A stretch of DNA of 64,000 bases, taken from the NCBI GenBank assembly GCA_963790205.1, contig CAWBNQ010000014.1, forward strand, positions 1-64,000, given 5' to 3'. The notes below the pieces were generated by a model. The model saw only the letters and a program-made list of their open reading frames with translations, did no database searches and had not been told where the DNA came from. This DNA comes from Nitrospirota bacterium. GTDB lineage: Bacteria; Nitrospirota; UBA9217. The translations under genes were made by a program, and so were the position numbers. How positions within the stretch are numbered: position 1 is the stretch's first letter; every line of letters begins with the position of its first letter. Shown here in pieces: positions 50,896-60,517 of the stretch.

Positions 50896-51669
50896 ATGCA
50901 GGCACTGGGACTCGGTTTTATGGTTGCGCTAGTTATCATTGTTTGGTTTCTCTTCAATACGGTAAAGATTTTGAAACAGTACGAACGGGGCGTCATCTTC
51001 ACTCTCGGCAAGGTGGCGCTTGAGGGCGGCGCAAAAGGACCGGGCATGGTTCTCCTGATCCCCGGCATACAGAAGATGGTACGGGTGAGCCTTCGGACGG
51101 TCACGATGGACGTTCCATCCCAGGACGTGATTACCAAGGACAACGTGACCGTGAAGGTGAACGCGGTGGTCTATTTCCGGGTCATCGACCCCCGCAAGGC
51201 TATCGTCGAGGTAGAAGATTTCTACTATGCAACCTCTCTCATCTCCCAGACCACGCTCAGGAGCATCCTGGGCCAAAACCAGTTCGATGATCTGCTCTCG
51301 AACCGGGAGGCCATCAATGCTGAGCTTCAGAAGGTCATCGACCAGCAGACGGAGCCCTGGGGTGTAAAGGTGACCACCGTCGAGGTAAGGAATGTGGACC
51401 TGCCGGCGGAGATGCAGCGCGCCATCGCGATCCAGGCGCAGGCCGAGCGGGAACGTCGGGCCAAGATCATCCATGCCGAAGGAGAGCTTCAGGCATCGGC
51501 GAAACTGGGCGAAGCCGCGGCGGTCATCAGCAGGAACCCGATCGCTCTTCAGCTTCGATATCTCCAGACGCTCACCGAGATCGGGACGGAGAAAAACACA
51601 ACCATCGTGTTCCCGCTTCCCCTTGATCTGATGTCGGCATTTCTGAAGCTGGTGGACAAGAAGGAGTAA
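50896..51669 (+). CDS. SPFH/stomatin (slipin) protein
   Basis: [24 protein letters not shown]. Confidence 0.93.
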   Translation: MQALGLGFMVALVIIVWFLFNTVKILKQYERGVIFTLGKVALEGGAKGPGMVLLIPGIQKMVRVSLRTVTMDVPSQDVITKDNVTVKVNAVVYFRVIDPRKAIVEVEDFYYATSLISQTTLRSILGQNQFDDLLSNREAINAELQKVIDQQTEPWGVKVTTVEVRNVDLPAEMQRAIAIQAQAERERRAKIIHAEGELQASAKLGEAAAVISRNPIALQLRYLQTLTEIGTEKNTTIVFPLPLDLMSAFLKLVDKKE

Positions 51670-51700
51670 GCGCTGCCGTACAAGACTTAATCAGATACAC

Positions 51701-51738
51701 AAAAAACGAGGGGACCGGCTATTCACCGGTCCCCTTTT
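51701..51738. terminator. Bidirectional intrinsic terminator
   Basis: AGGGGACCGG/CCGGTCCCCT stem with flanking A and T runs between convergent genes. Confidence 0.75.
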
Positions 51739-51765
51739 GCATGAGTCGTTTCCAAAAATGATAAA

Positions 51766-51951
51766 TTAGATTTCGTTGACCGTAATGGCCTGCTGCGGGC
51801 AGTTCTCCACGCAGGTGAGGCAGTTGATGCACTCGGACATGTTCACCGGATCGGCCTTGCCGCCTTCAACCTTGAATACGGACTGCGGACACATATTCGC
51901 GCAGGTGCCGTCTCCGTCGCATTTGCCCTTGTCGATTGTTACCATGTACAT
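51766..51951 (-). CDS. Dicluster ferredoxin (copy 2)
   Basis: CDGDGTC...CP and CINCLTC...CP; AAGGAGG SD. Confidence 0.92.
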   Translation of the reverse strand: MYMVTIDKGKCDGDGTCANMCPQSVFKVEGGKADPVNMSECINCLTCVENCPQQAITVNEI

Positions 51952-52130
51952 TGTATCGGTGTCCTCCTTACATTAAATGTATGAAACCATATGCGGATGA
52001 TATTACCCAGACCGGATGAGAAAATCAACTATAATTTACAGAAAATCGTAAAATTTTCACGCGCAGGGAAAGCATTCCTCTGTATGGCAATAATGCTTAA
52101 GTATGTGCTGGAAAAGAGGAGAGGATGAAG

Positions 52131-52220
52131 TATCCATAATAAAATTTAACGGAATCAATCACTTGGTCATGGCCGCCGGAGACATGGATAAAACCATACG
52201 CTTTTGGAGGACCTTCTCGA
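52131..52220 (+). pseudogene. 5' remnant of a VOC/glyoxalase gene
   Basis: IKFNGINHLVMAAGDMDKTIRFWR, then DLL in a shifted frame. Confidence 0.55.
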
Positions 52221-52650
52221 GTTCCAAATCATGTACATACTTCTCGGAATTTTCATCCGCATTCGAAGAAACAAATCCGCCTATGACTTCGTAACCTGAA
52301 GCGCTGCGAATCATTCATAAGCTGCCCGATAAATAAAGGCGGCATTACCCAGACCAACCACCAGTATAAAGTATAAACCTGGGTGTCGATTTGCGGTTTT
52401 CCATTTCATAATGCTCCTTTCGTTACTATACTATTATTATTTTCTATCGAACGAGATTGAAGCTCCTGCAGCAAATGAAAGTTCGTGTGGGCCTCCGCGG
52501 GGAATGCGCTCACTCCAGAATTCATGCCGGCTGAAATATCATTTTGACTCAAGCCCTTTCTCAAACGAAGCCCTGGTAATTGCAACGGCTTTATACAGTA
52601 GTTATCCATGGTACCCTTGTCAAGGGCAAACAGGCCGCGAACCGGTAAAC

Positions 52651-52684
52651 AAAAAAGGGTCCATGCCCTAACCGGCATGGACCC
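52651..52684 (-). terminator. Intrinsic terminator after dsrP
   Basis: 11-bp stem GGGTCCATGCC/GGCATGGACCC plus T6. Confidence 0.85.
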
Positions 52685-52714
52685 CTCACGAAAGGCATCA
52701 CCTGAATATCACGA

Positions 52715-53887
52715 TCAATGCTCTATTTCTACACCTTCGGATTCTTCCCTCACCGTAATGGCGATCTTATAGAGGAAGGAAAGGATCAAAAACCCGATGG
52801 CCCATACACCGAGGGTAATGATCGACTCCTGCCTCGTCGGCCAGTAGGTCCTTACCTGGTTCAGCATGTTCGGCACGAAACCGCCGATGATCAGGCCGAA
52901 GCCCTTGTCGATCCAAAGAGAGATGAACAGCATGACGCAGGCAAGAGAGAGCGTCGCCTCGTTCCTGCGAATGCTCGGGATCACCAGCATGAGGAGCGAG
53001 AGCGCGGCAAAGATGCTCGAAACCCACATCAGAGGAACAAGCTCCCGGTGCCCATCAAGCCCGACATAGAGGTACTTGAACGACTCCATGTGGCCCGGTA
53101 TATTGCTGTAGAAAGCGGTGAAGAATTCCAACCCAAGAAGAAAGACGTTGGCAAACATGGCATAGGCCACGATCGTTCCGAGCGTCTGGATCTGCTCCTT
53201 GCCCGGGTCGAACTTCGTCAGTTTCCGAACGAGCAGGGCGAGAAGGATCAGGAGCGAAGGACCGCCGGCAAAGGCCGAAGCCAGGAAACGGGCCGCCATG
53301 ACGGCGCTGAGCCAGAAAGGCCTCCCCGGAAGGCCGGCATACAGGAACGCCGTGACGGTATGGATACTGACTGCCCAGGGAACGGACAGGTAGATGAAGA
53401 ACTTGATCCATTTCGGCGGCGGCACGCCCTTCTTGTCGGAGCTCAGGGTCACCCAGCCGACCAAAAGATTTATGAAGAGATAGCCCGAGAGCACCATTGA
53501 ATCCCAGAACATGACGGAATTGAGCGTGGGATGGAGGACCACGTTCATGATCCTCATGGGCTGGCCCATGTCCACGAAGATGAACAGGATGCACATGGTG
53601 ACCGCCGAGATCGCGAGGAACTCGCCGAGGATCACGATCTTGCTGAATTTCTTATAGTCGTGCAGATAGTAAGGGATCACCAGCATGACGGCCGAGGCCG
53701 CGACGCCGACAAGGAACGTGAACTGGCCGATGTAGAGGCCCCACGAAACGTCCCGGGAGAGGCCGGTGAGTCCCAGACCGTAGTTGAACTGCTGGATATA
53801 ATAGTACACTCCCGACACGGCCAGGACGCCCAGGAATGCGAGCCATGCCCAGTATTTTTTACTTCCTACCAGTCCTTTTTCAAGCAT
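52715..53887 (-). CDS. dsrP: DsrP (NrfD family membrane subunit)
   Basis: SRDVSWGLYI, SIHTVTAF, about 10 TM segments; operon position. Confidence 0.93.
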   Translation of the reverse strand: MLEKGLVGSKKYWAWLAFLGVLAVSGVYYYIQQFNYGLGLTGLSRDVSWGLYIGQFTFLVGVAASAVMLVIPYYLHDYKKFSKIVILGEFLAISAVTMCILFIFVDMGQPMRIMNVVLHPTLNSVMFWDSMVLSGYLFINLLVGWVTLSSDKKGVPPPKWIKFFIYLSVPWAVSIHTVTAFLYAGLPGRPFWLSAVMAARFLASAFAGGPSLLILLALLVRKLTKFDPGKEQIQTLGTIVAYAMFANVFLLGLEFFTAFYSNIPGHMESFKYLYVGLDGHRELVPLMWVSSIFAALSLLMLVIPSIRRNEATLSLACVMLFISLWIDKGFGLIIGGFVPNMLNQVRTYWPTRQESIITLGVWAIGFLILSFLYKIAITVREESEGVEIEH

Positions 53888-54704
53888 GCTCAGTACCTCC
53901 TATCAGATAGTAAACACTCGGCCCGGTCCCAAGCTCGGACTTGCGCCGGATGGTGTAACGGGTCTCGACGATCTTCCGGACCTCGGAATTCTTGTCGGCC
54001 AGGTCGCCGAAGATCATCCCGCCTTTCGGGGCCGCTTCGACGCAGGCCGGCAGCTTTCCGAAAGCGAGCCGCTCGGTGCAGAAGGTGCACTTCTCCACCA
54101 CGCCCTTGGTGCGCGTGGGATATTCCTTGTTCTCGGTCTTGATGAAGGGACGCGGGTCCCGGTAGTTGAAGCTCCTGGCGCCGTAGGGGCAGGCCGCCAT
54201 GCAGAACCGGCAGCCGATGCAGCGGTGCATGTCCATCATCACGATGCCGTCCTTGCGCTTGAAGGTCGCCTGGGTCGGGCAGACCCGCACGCAGGCGGGG
54301 TTCTCGCAGTGGTTGCAGAGCACGAGGAAGGGCATCTCCTTGAGCTTCTCTTCCATATACGGGTTGTCCTGGTCCGGGAACGCGTTCTCGTACTTCGCTT
54401 TCCATATCCACTTGATCTCGTCCTTGATGTCGACGCTGCCGTCGGGATTTCTGAAATCTGGAACATTGTGGATCGAGTGGCAGGCGCTGATGGTCTTCTG
54501 GAAATCTTCCTCGGTACTGAACTTGCTCATGTCCACGACCATGGCCCAGTGCTGCGCCGTCAAGGCCTCGGGGTTCTTCGCTTCCTCGTCCGGCGACAGT
54601 CCCTTGACCCAGATATTATGCGTGGCCGATGCCGCTGTTGCGCCAAGCCCCAGGATGGAGGAGATGCCGGCGATCTTTAGAAACTGTCTTCTATCCATGC
54701 TCAT
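53880..54704 (-). CDS. dsrO: DsrO periplasmic Fe-S protein
   Basis: Tat motif DRRQFLK; CNHCENPAC, CIGCRFC, KCTFC. Confidence 0.93.
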   Translation of the reverse strand: MSMDRRQFLKIAGISSILGLGATAASATHNIWVKGLSPDEEAKNPEALTAQHWAMVVDMSKFSTEEDFQKTISACHSIHNVPDFRNPDGSVDIKDEIKWIWKAKYENAFPDQDNPYMEEKLKEMPFLVLCNHCENPACVRVCPTQATFKRKDGIVMMDMHRCIGCRFCMAACPYGARSFNYRDPRPFIKTENKEYPTRTKGVVEKCTFCTERLAFGKLPACVEAAPKGGMIFGDLADKNSEVRKIVETRYTIRRKSELGTGPSVYYLIGGTEHA

Positions 54705-55117
54705 GATTTCTCATCCTCCTTCGGGGCGATATGACAATTCCAGCAATAGGGCTTCACGGCCATATAGTTGTGGCACTGGTCGCAGAACTTTTTCTTGTTC
54801 GAGTGGCAGCGCAGGCATTCGTTCTGCAGGCTCATATTGTAGTGTTTCCCGGTCGCTGAACTGATGTACTGCCGGTAGCCGTCGCGCACGACGGCGTCAC
54901 GCCAGTTGTTCAGGAGCTGCATATGTTCCGTCCGCATAAAGGTCTTGGACTCCACGCATTTTCTGTCCTGCTCAGGCATTTGCAGGATCGCCGGGGTATC
55001 GAGCTTCGGTTCAGGCTTGGCGTTCACTTTCCCGATGTTGTAATAGAATGGGAACGTCGCAAAAGCGATAAAAATGACCAGCCCGATGAGTATTTTACCG
55101 CCGTCATAGAGTTTCAT
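54701..55117 (-). CDS. dsrJ: DsrJ triheme cytochrome c
   Basis: CV....MR.EHM; three CxxCH motifs. Confidence 0.94.
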   Translation of the reverse strand: MKLYDGGKILIGLVIFIAFATFPFYYNIGKVNAKPEPKLDTPAILQMPEQDRKCVESKTFMRTEHMQLLNNWRDAVVRDGYRQYISSATGKHYNMSLQNECLRCHSNKKKFCDQCHNYMAVKPYCWNCHIAPKEDEKS

Positions 55118-56736
55118 TAGGCTTTTTCCTCCTTCTGTTCAATTCCCGGAAGGGGTTCACCACGCAGGTCGGTCGTTCTCTCCTTCTCACCTTTCATGAT
55201 GAGGGCATTTGCCACCAGCTCGTGAAGACCGGCGACCTTGACGCCCGGCACCCAGTAATCCATGAGCGGCACAAGGGTTGCCCGGTCAATGGCGCAGACG
55301 TTGGCAAGCATGTTCACTCCGTGATGGTCGGCAACGAACTTGACCGCGTTTGCCCGGGGGAACCCGCCCTTCATTCTGAGATCCATATCCTCCGAAGCAT
55401 TCAAACCCGTTCCGCTGCCGCAGCAGAAGGTCTTCTCCCGGATCGTGTCCTCGGGCATCTCGTAGAAATTATTGACCACGCTTTTAAGCACATACCGCGG
55501 CTCATCGAGAAGACCCATGCCGCGCGCGGTGTTGCAGGAGTCGTGCCACGTCACCGTGAGATGGTCGTTCCGCTTTGGGTCCAGCTTGAGTTTGTTGTTC
55601 TTGATCAGGTCGGCGGTAAATTCCGCGATATGGATCATCTTGGTGGATTTCGCATTCTCGAAGACCGTGCCCGTGACCGGCGACTTCGGGACTTCGAGGA
55701 AATCAGCCGGCCCGTTCCAGGTATCCATGTACTGGTTCAGGACGCGCCACATGTGGCCGCACTCTCCGCCGAGGATCCATTTCACGCCGAGACGCTTGGC
55801 TTCCGCGTAGATCTTCGAATTGAGCCGTTTTGCCATCTCGTTCGAGGTGAAGAACCCGAAGTTGCCGCCTTCTGAAGCGTAGGTGCTCCAGGTATAATCG
55901 AGCCCAAGCTCCTCGAACAGCATGAGGTATCCCATGCACGTGTACGTACCGGGATCGGCAAACAGGTCCCCCGAAGGCGTCACGAACAGGATCTCGGCGC
56001 CCTTTCGGTTGAACGTGGGCTTGATCTTCTTGCCGGTGATGGTCTCGATATCATCGAGCATGTACTCGAGGTTGCCGGTTATGGTGTGGGGCTCCAGTCC
56101 GAGATGGTTCCCCTTCATGTAGCAGTTCGAGACCGGCCCCGCGATCCATTCGATGTTCAGGCCCAGGAGATTCAGCAGCTCGCGGCCGATCATAGTGATC
56201 TCCGCCTGGTCAATGCCGTAGGGGCAGAAGACCGAGCAGCGACGGCACTCGGTGCACTGGAAGAAGTAGTACCACCATTCCTTCAACACGTCGAGCGTGA
56301 GCTCGCGCGCGCCGGCCATCTTGCCGAAGATCTTTCCTGCCAGGGTGAACTCTTTTCTATAGACCGACCGGATAAGCTCTGCCCTGAGCACCGGCATGTT
56401 CTTGGGGTCGCCGGTGCCGATAAAGAAATGGCACTTGTCCGCGCAGGCGCCGCAGCGCACGCAGATGTCCATGAAGAGCCGGAAGGACCGGTACTTCTTC
56501 AAACGGTCGGCAATGCCTTCGAGGAGGATTTCCTTCCAGTCCTCGGGCAGCTTCCAGTCCGCGTCCGCAGGCCTCCAGTCGCGCGGGTTCGGGAAACCGA
56601 CGATCTCGAGGCTTTTCGACTTTGCGCCGTGACAGAACATGCCCTCTTTGATCACCACGGGCGTGTCCATCCATGATGTTTTCGGCGGCGTATAATCTAT
56701 CTTCGACAGCTCTTCTGGTTTCGGAAGTTTCGCCAT
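55117..56736 (-). CDS. dsrK: DsrK (HdrD-like Fe-S protein)
   Basis: CVRCGAC, CTECRRC, GECGH, CCG. Confidence 0.95.
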   Translation of the reverse strand: MAKLPKPEELSKIDYTPPKTSWMDTPVVIKEGMFCHGAKSKSLEIVGFPNPRDWRPADADWKLPEDWKEILLEGIADRLKKYRSFRLFMDICVRCGACADKCHFFIGTGDPKNMPVLRAELIRSVYRKEFTLAGKIFGKMAGARELTLDVLKEWWYYFFQCTECRRCSVFCPYGIDQAEITMIGRELLNLLGLNIEWIAGPVSNCYMKGNHLGLEPHTITGNLEYMLDDIETITGKKIKPTFNRKGAEILFVTPSGDLFADPGTYTCMGYLMLFEELGLDYTWSTYASEGGNFGFFTSNEMAKRLNSKIYAEAKRLGVKWILGGECGHMWRVLNQYMDTWNGPADFLEVPKSPVTGTVFENAKSTKMIHIAEFTADLIKNNKLKLDPKRNDHLTVTWHDSCNTARGMGLLDEPRYVLKSVVNNFYEMPEDTIREKTFCCGSGTGLNASEDMDLRMKGGFPRANAVKFVADHHGVNMLANVCAIDRATLVPLMDYWVPGVKVAGLHELVANALIMKGEKERTTDLRGEPLPGIEQKEEKA

Positions 56737-56738
56737 GA

Positions 56739-57737
56739 TTACTCCTTTTCTACCGGCAGGCCGGCTTTTTTCATTTTATCCCTGAAGTCGTCCTCATACT
56801 CCGCATAGGTATGGACATGCACCGGGTAGTTCCATGGGTTTATGTGCCTCTTCATGCGGCTGTTGTTCGCCATGTTCCGGGTCGGGCTCATGAACACACC
56901 TCCCATATGCACCAGCTTGCTGAAGGGGAAGTAGGCGAATAATGTGCTCAGCAGAAACAGGTGGATATAGAAGATAACTCCTATGTTCCCGAGCATCTTT
57001 GGGTCAGGGTTGAAACTGACCAGCCCCATGGCAAGCACCTTCACGCTTATGAGGTCCGTCTTAATGAAATATCTCATGAGCACGCCGGTGGTGGCAATGC
57101 CGAGGATCAGGAAGAGCGGGAAGTAATCGGCAATCAGCGAGATGTAGCGCATCTGCGGGATGCTGATTCTCCTGAGAAAAAGATAGATCACGGCCGCCAA
57201 GAGCACCACGTCGGTCATATAGAGAAGCGGCGTGCCGATCTGAAGGAAACTGTCAAGGCCTTCGACCAGACTGACCGGCATGGGGACCTTCTCGGTAAAG
57301 AACCGCAGGTGCCTTATCAAAATGATAAGGAAAGACCAGTGGAAGGCCAGGCCCGCCGCCCAGAGCCACTTTGCCTCTCCGTAAGAAAGCTTTTTGTCTT
57401 CCCCCAACTGCGTCTTCAGGTTCCTGAAGAGCGAGCGGAAGAAAAAGACCTCAAGCGCCATCCTTCCCAGAACGCCGAGCACGCCCGAGGGGTTTTCCAG
57501 CCTGCTCTGCTTGATCCACGGGAGCGACTTCTGCTGCCCGCAGGTCGTGGGGATGCGAAAGGGGACCGGTGAGCTGCCCCATTTCAGGACGCGAACTATC
57601 ATGAAAACGATGAACGTGAGAACCGCCGCGTAGGGGATGATTACTCCGAAGACGAAATTCCACTTTAACGTCTCCACACCCACGTAGGCAACCGCTACCA
57701 GGAGCAATACCGCGACAAAGGAAATTAATGCTCTCAT
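56739..57737 (-). CDS. dsrM: DsrM cytochrome b
   Basis: RIPTTCGQQKSL, FHW, RHLR, FPFSKLVH. Confidence 0.95.
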   Translation of the reverse strand: MRALISFVAVLLLVAVAYVGVETLKWNFVFGVIIPYAAVLTFIVFMIVRVLKWGSSPVPFRIPTTCGQQKSLPWIKQSRLENPSGVLGVLGRMALEVFFFRSLFRNLKTQLGEDKKLSYGEAKWLWAAGLAFHWSFLIILIRHLRFFTEKVPMPVSLVEGLDSFLQIGTPLLYMTDVVLLAAVIYLFLRRISIPQMRYISLIADYFPLFLILGIATTGVLMRYFIKTDLISVKVLAMGLVSFNPDPKMLGNIGVIFYIHLFLLSTLFAYFPFSKLVHMGGVFMSPTRNMANNSRMKRHINPWNYPVHVHTYAEYEDDFRDKMKKAGLPVEKE

Positions 57738-57790
57738 TTCGTTACCTCTTTTCGTTTAAGGTGAGCAGCGCCGGCGTTCTCGCCCGATTT

Positions 57791-58312
57791 CTAGTCCTGG
57801 TCATCGACAATGAGCTTCGCCTGCTGCAAGAGCCTGAAGGTCATGTTTCGCGCTTCATTCGCCTTGAGTTCGTAGATCTTTTCCCGGCACTTCATGTAGA
57901 TGTCGAAAGAGAACAGGGCCAGGTCATCGATGGCCGCGTCAAAGGCCGCCAGTTCCTCGACCATCTTCTGCTGCTGCAGAACCTCGCTGCCGAGCTCCTG
58001 CCTCACGATCTTCTTGAGCTGGAAAATGAAGGCGACCGCTTCCGAAGCCGTAAACTCCTGGATCGCCCTGATCCTGACGATGCTGTCGAGAAAAACGGAA
58101 ACCTTGTCGAGGATCACTCCCTGGAGCAACGCCTCGAACAGGCCCTCCAGCCCCTCTGCGAGGTTGTAGCCGACCGGGTTCGTGAACTGCGCTTTTTTCT
58201 TCTTCAAAAAACTTGACGTGTTGTCCGGATAGGTGTCCGCGACCGCGTCGAACCATTTTTTCAGAATGGCGGTCTTTTTTTCCAGAAGCTGGTTCTTAAG
58301 ATTAATATCCAT
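57791..58312 (-). CDS. dsrT: DsrT (RsbRD N-terminal domain)
   Basis: F.NPVG, RIRAIQ.F, FDIYM.CRE; directly upstream of dsrM. Confidence 0.88.
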   Translation of the reverse strand: MDINLKNQLLEKKTAILKKWFDAVADTYPDNTSSFLKKKKAQFTNPVGYNLAEGLEGLFEALLQGVILDKVSVFLDSIVRIRAIQEFTASEAVAFIFQLKKIVRQELGSEVLQQQKMVEELAAFDAAIDDLALFSFDIYMKCREKIYELKANEARNMTFRLLQQAKLIVDDQD

Positions 58313-58366
58313 AAAGGCTGATTTCGAATGGACACCCTGCAACGCGCGGCTGCAGGGTGTCCTGCG

Positions 58367-58783
58367 TTAAAAGAACAGCAAATGCTTCACCGATTCCATT
58401 TCCTTCTGGATGTCGGTAAACGAAACAAATTTTGTCGCGATTTCCGCTCCACCCATATCCTCAGCATCCGAGACGATCTGGTCCTCTTTGAGGCCAAGGC
58501 GCTCCATGTCCTCCTTGCAGACCCAAATAGGAACATCAGTCATAAGACAGCCTTTGATGTGGCTTTCCGTGCTCGTCACACCATAGGTTTTCATCGCCTG
58601 CTGGCCCTTCAAGGCATTCAACACACCGTCGCCTACGAATGCTACGGTCGGAACAACGGAATCGCCGTCATCCATATAGATTTCGGCGGTCTGGCTAGCC
58701 AGTGCGTGAGTAAGCGCAAGCCGGGGGTTCTCGCTCTTGTACGGCGGTCTCTGGACAACGAACAATAATTTAACTGCGCCCAT
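58367..58783 (-). CDS. dsrF: DsrF-like (DsrE family) protein
   Basis: RPPY, FVGDGV..L.GQ, VC.ED...GL. Confidence 0.7.
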   Translation of the reverse strand: MGAVKLLFVVQRPPYKSENPRLALTHALASQTAEIYMDDGDSVVPTVAFVGDGVLNALKGQQAMKTYGVTSTESHIKGCLMTDVPIWVCKEDMERLGLKEDQIVSDAEDMGGAEIATKFVSFTDIQKEMESVKHLLFF

Positions 58784-59142
58784 TACTCACCTCCTATGTG
58801 CAGCAGCCGGTCGGTCTTGACCGTCTTTGCAAGGTACCAGTCCATGCTGGCGCGCTTCATGCCTTCCGGCACGTCTTCCTTGTGGTAGCCGCGCGCCTCG
58901 GCGCAGGCTTCGCACACGGTGATCTCGAGGCCCTTCGTTATCATTTCCTTCATGCGTTTTTCGAGGTGCGAATAATCCTTGAACGCTTTCTGCCCTTTTT
59001 TGGCCATCATCACGGCATTGCCGGAGAGCCACATGTTTACCTTGTGTCCTTTGGCCATCCCCGCCTCGGCGAGCTTGAACGCAAAATCGAGCGACATCGA
59101 GCCGACCAGGGAAGGGAATACTCCCAACGTTAATTCTCCCAT
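58783..59142 (-). CDS. dsrE: DsrE-like sulfur transferase
   Basis: GH.V..WL.GNAV, VCEACAEARG with the candidate active Cys. Confidence 0.75.
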   Translation of the reverse strand: MGELTLGVFPSLVGSMSLDFAFKLAEAGMAKGHKVNMWLSGNAVMMAKKGQKAFKDYSHLEKRMKEMITKGLEITVCEACAEARGYHKEDVPEGMKRASMDWYLAKTVKTDRLLHIGGE

Positions 59143-59256
59143 GCTATCCTCCTTTGAATTCAGAAGCTGTGAAGGTAAGAAATTGATGAAGATGAGACGT
59201 TTTACCTCTCAACTTCTCAACCTCTCAACTTCCCAATCTTTATAACTTTATCTGAT

Positions 59257-59556
59257 TTACAGCCAGGCCGTCTTCTCGTAGTCGTTCATGATGAGATCGA
59301 CGATATCGCCGTAGCCGATGACCTTCACCTTGGAGTTGACGTTCGCCGCGGTAAATCCTCTTATCTCGAGATCATCGGACAATACGTAAAAGCTTGCGCC
59401 TGCCTTGGACAGCACCGGCGAATCTTTGCCTTTTTCCTTCACCAGCGCATGGTAAATACCGTTTCCAACGAGGATGACGCCCAGCTTTTCGGCCTTCATT
59501 CTCTCAAGGGTTTCTTCGGTCCTTCTCCAGTCGCTCAAAAATACTGCCAGCTTCAT
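59257..59556 (-). CDS. dsrH: DsrH/TusB-like protein
   Basis: GIY.A, YVL.DDL..RG, I.Y..IVDL..., terminal W. Confidence 0.78.
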   Translation of the reverse strand: MKLAVFLSDWRRTEETLERMKAEKLGVILVGNGIYHALVKEKGKDSPVLSKAGASFYVLSDDLEIRGFTAANVNSKVKVIGYGDIVDLIMNDYEKTAWL

Positions 59557-59589
59557 AATATGTTCACCTCCCCGAAGCGTATTTTTAAT

Positions 59590-59624
59590 AAAAAAACAGG
59601 GGACTAGTTTTTCGACTATCCCCT
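59590..59624 (-). terminator. Probable terminator between ferredoxin and dsrH
   Basis: AGGGGACTAGT/ACTATCCCCT stem followed by T7 on the minus strand. Confidence 0.6.
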
Positions 59625-59649
59625 TTGCTGTTGATGCTCTGTTGCCCCA

Positions 59650-59835
59650 TTATATCTCGCTGACCGTAATCGCCTGCTGCGGGCAGTTTTCCACGCAGGT
59701 CAGGCAATTGATGCATTCGGACATGTTCACCGGCTCGGCCTTGCCGCCCTCCAGTTTGAACACGGACTGCGGACACATATTGACGCAGGTGCCGTCGCCG
59801 TCGCACTTGCTCTTGTCAACCGTTACCATGTACAT
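59650..59835 (-). CDS. Dicluster ferredoxin (copy 1)
   Basis: 55/61 aa identical to 51766-51951; GGAGG SD, ATG at 59835. Confidence 0.92.
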   Translation of the reverse strand: MYMVTVDKSKCDGDGTCVNMCPQSVFKLEGGKAEPVNMSECINCLTCVENCPQQAITVSEI

Positions 59836-60068
59836 GGTGTTGTGTTCCTCCTTCACCAAATAATAGGCATTCCGTTTGTTCACGCGATGACGTAGCCCAT
59901 CGCCTGTCGATGCGAACGTCCGGCGCTGCCGCGTAAGGCGAAGTTCATGCGGCAGCCATTGGAGCTGCGGCAAAACGATCGCCGGATTTGCATGTCCCGC
60001 CATTCCCGTTCTATCGTCGCGGACGACGCGCGTCCCCGGCCGAAATCAGGGCGGCGCTGCGGCAGAAC

Positions 60069-60404
60069 CTATACGCAGCCGGTCGGTTTCGGAAGACCGG
60101 CGATTTTGCATGCCTGCTTTGCCGGGCCGCCCGGATAGAGCTCGTAGAGGTACTTGGTATTGCCCTTCTCGGGACCAAGCTTCTTGCCGATCTCTTTCAC
60201 GAGGATTTTGATCATCGGCGCGATCTGGTACTGTTTGTAGTACTCGCGCAGGAAATTCACGACCTCCCAATGCTGGTCGGTCATATCGATCCCCTCGACC
60301 TGGGCGAAGTAATTCGCCACATCCATGCTCCAATCATCCAGATTCGCCAAAAAGCCGTCCTCATCCACTTCAATCGTCTTGCCCTTTACGTCTATTGTTG
60401 CCAT
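60069..60404 (-). CDS. dsrC: DsrC sulfur carrier
   Basis: C-terminal ACKIAGLPKPTGCV with both Cys. Confidence 0.96.
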   Translation of the reverse strand: MATIDVKGKTIEVDEDGFLANLDDWSMDVANYFAQVEGIDMTDQHWEVVNFLREYYKQYQIAPMIKILVKEIGKKLGPEKGNTKYLYELYPGGPAKQACKIAGLPKPTGCV

Positions 60405-60517
60405 GTTCGTTTCCCCTTTCGTGAAATATATTCGGGTGCCGTGAGCGTCCCGCTTAGTATCAAGTGCTGAATGATCCCGGACATCAGCACCTCGTCCTGT
60501 TTATTCCCGGCCCTTCT

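Noticed and set aside
52046..52062. Possible Rex operator upstream of the ferredoxin (also a half site near 60418)
   Set aside because: Spacing is one base short, or only one half site matches
52622..52656. GGCAAAC as the start of a c-di-GMP-I riboswitch
   Set aside because: No matching P2 stem or GACGCAAA; it abuts the dsrP terminator
59836..60003. N-terminal extension of the ferredoxin ORF
   Set aside because: The SD and the paralogue define the start at 59835
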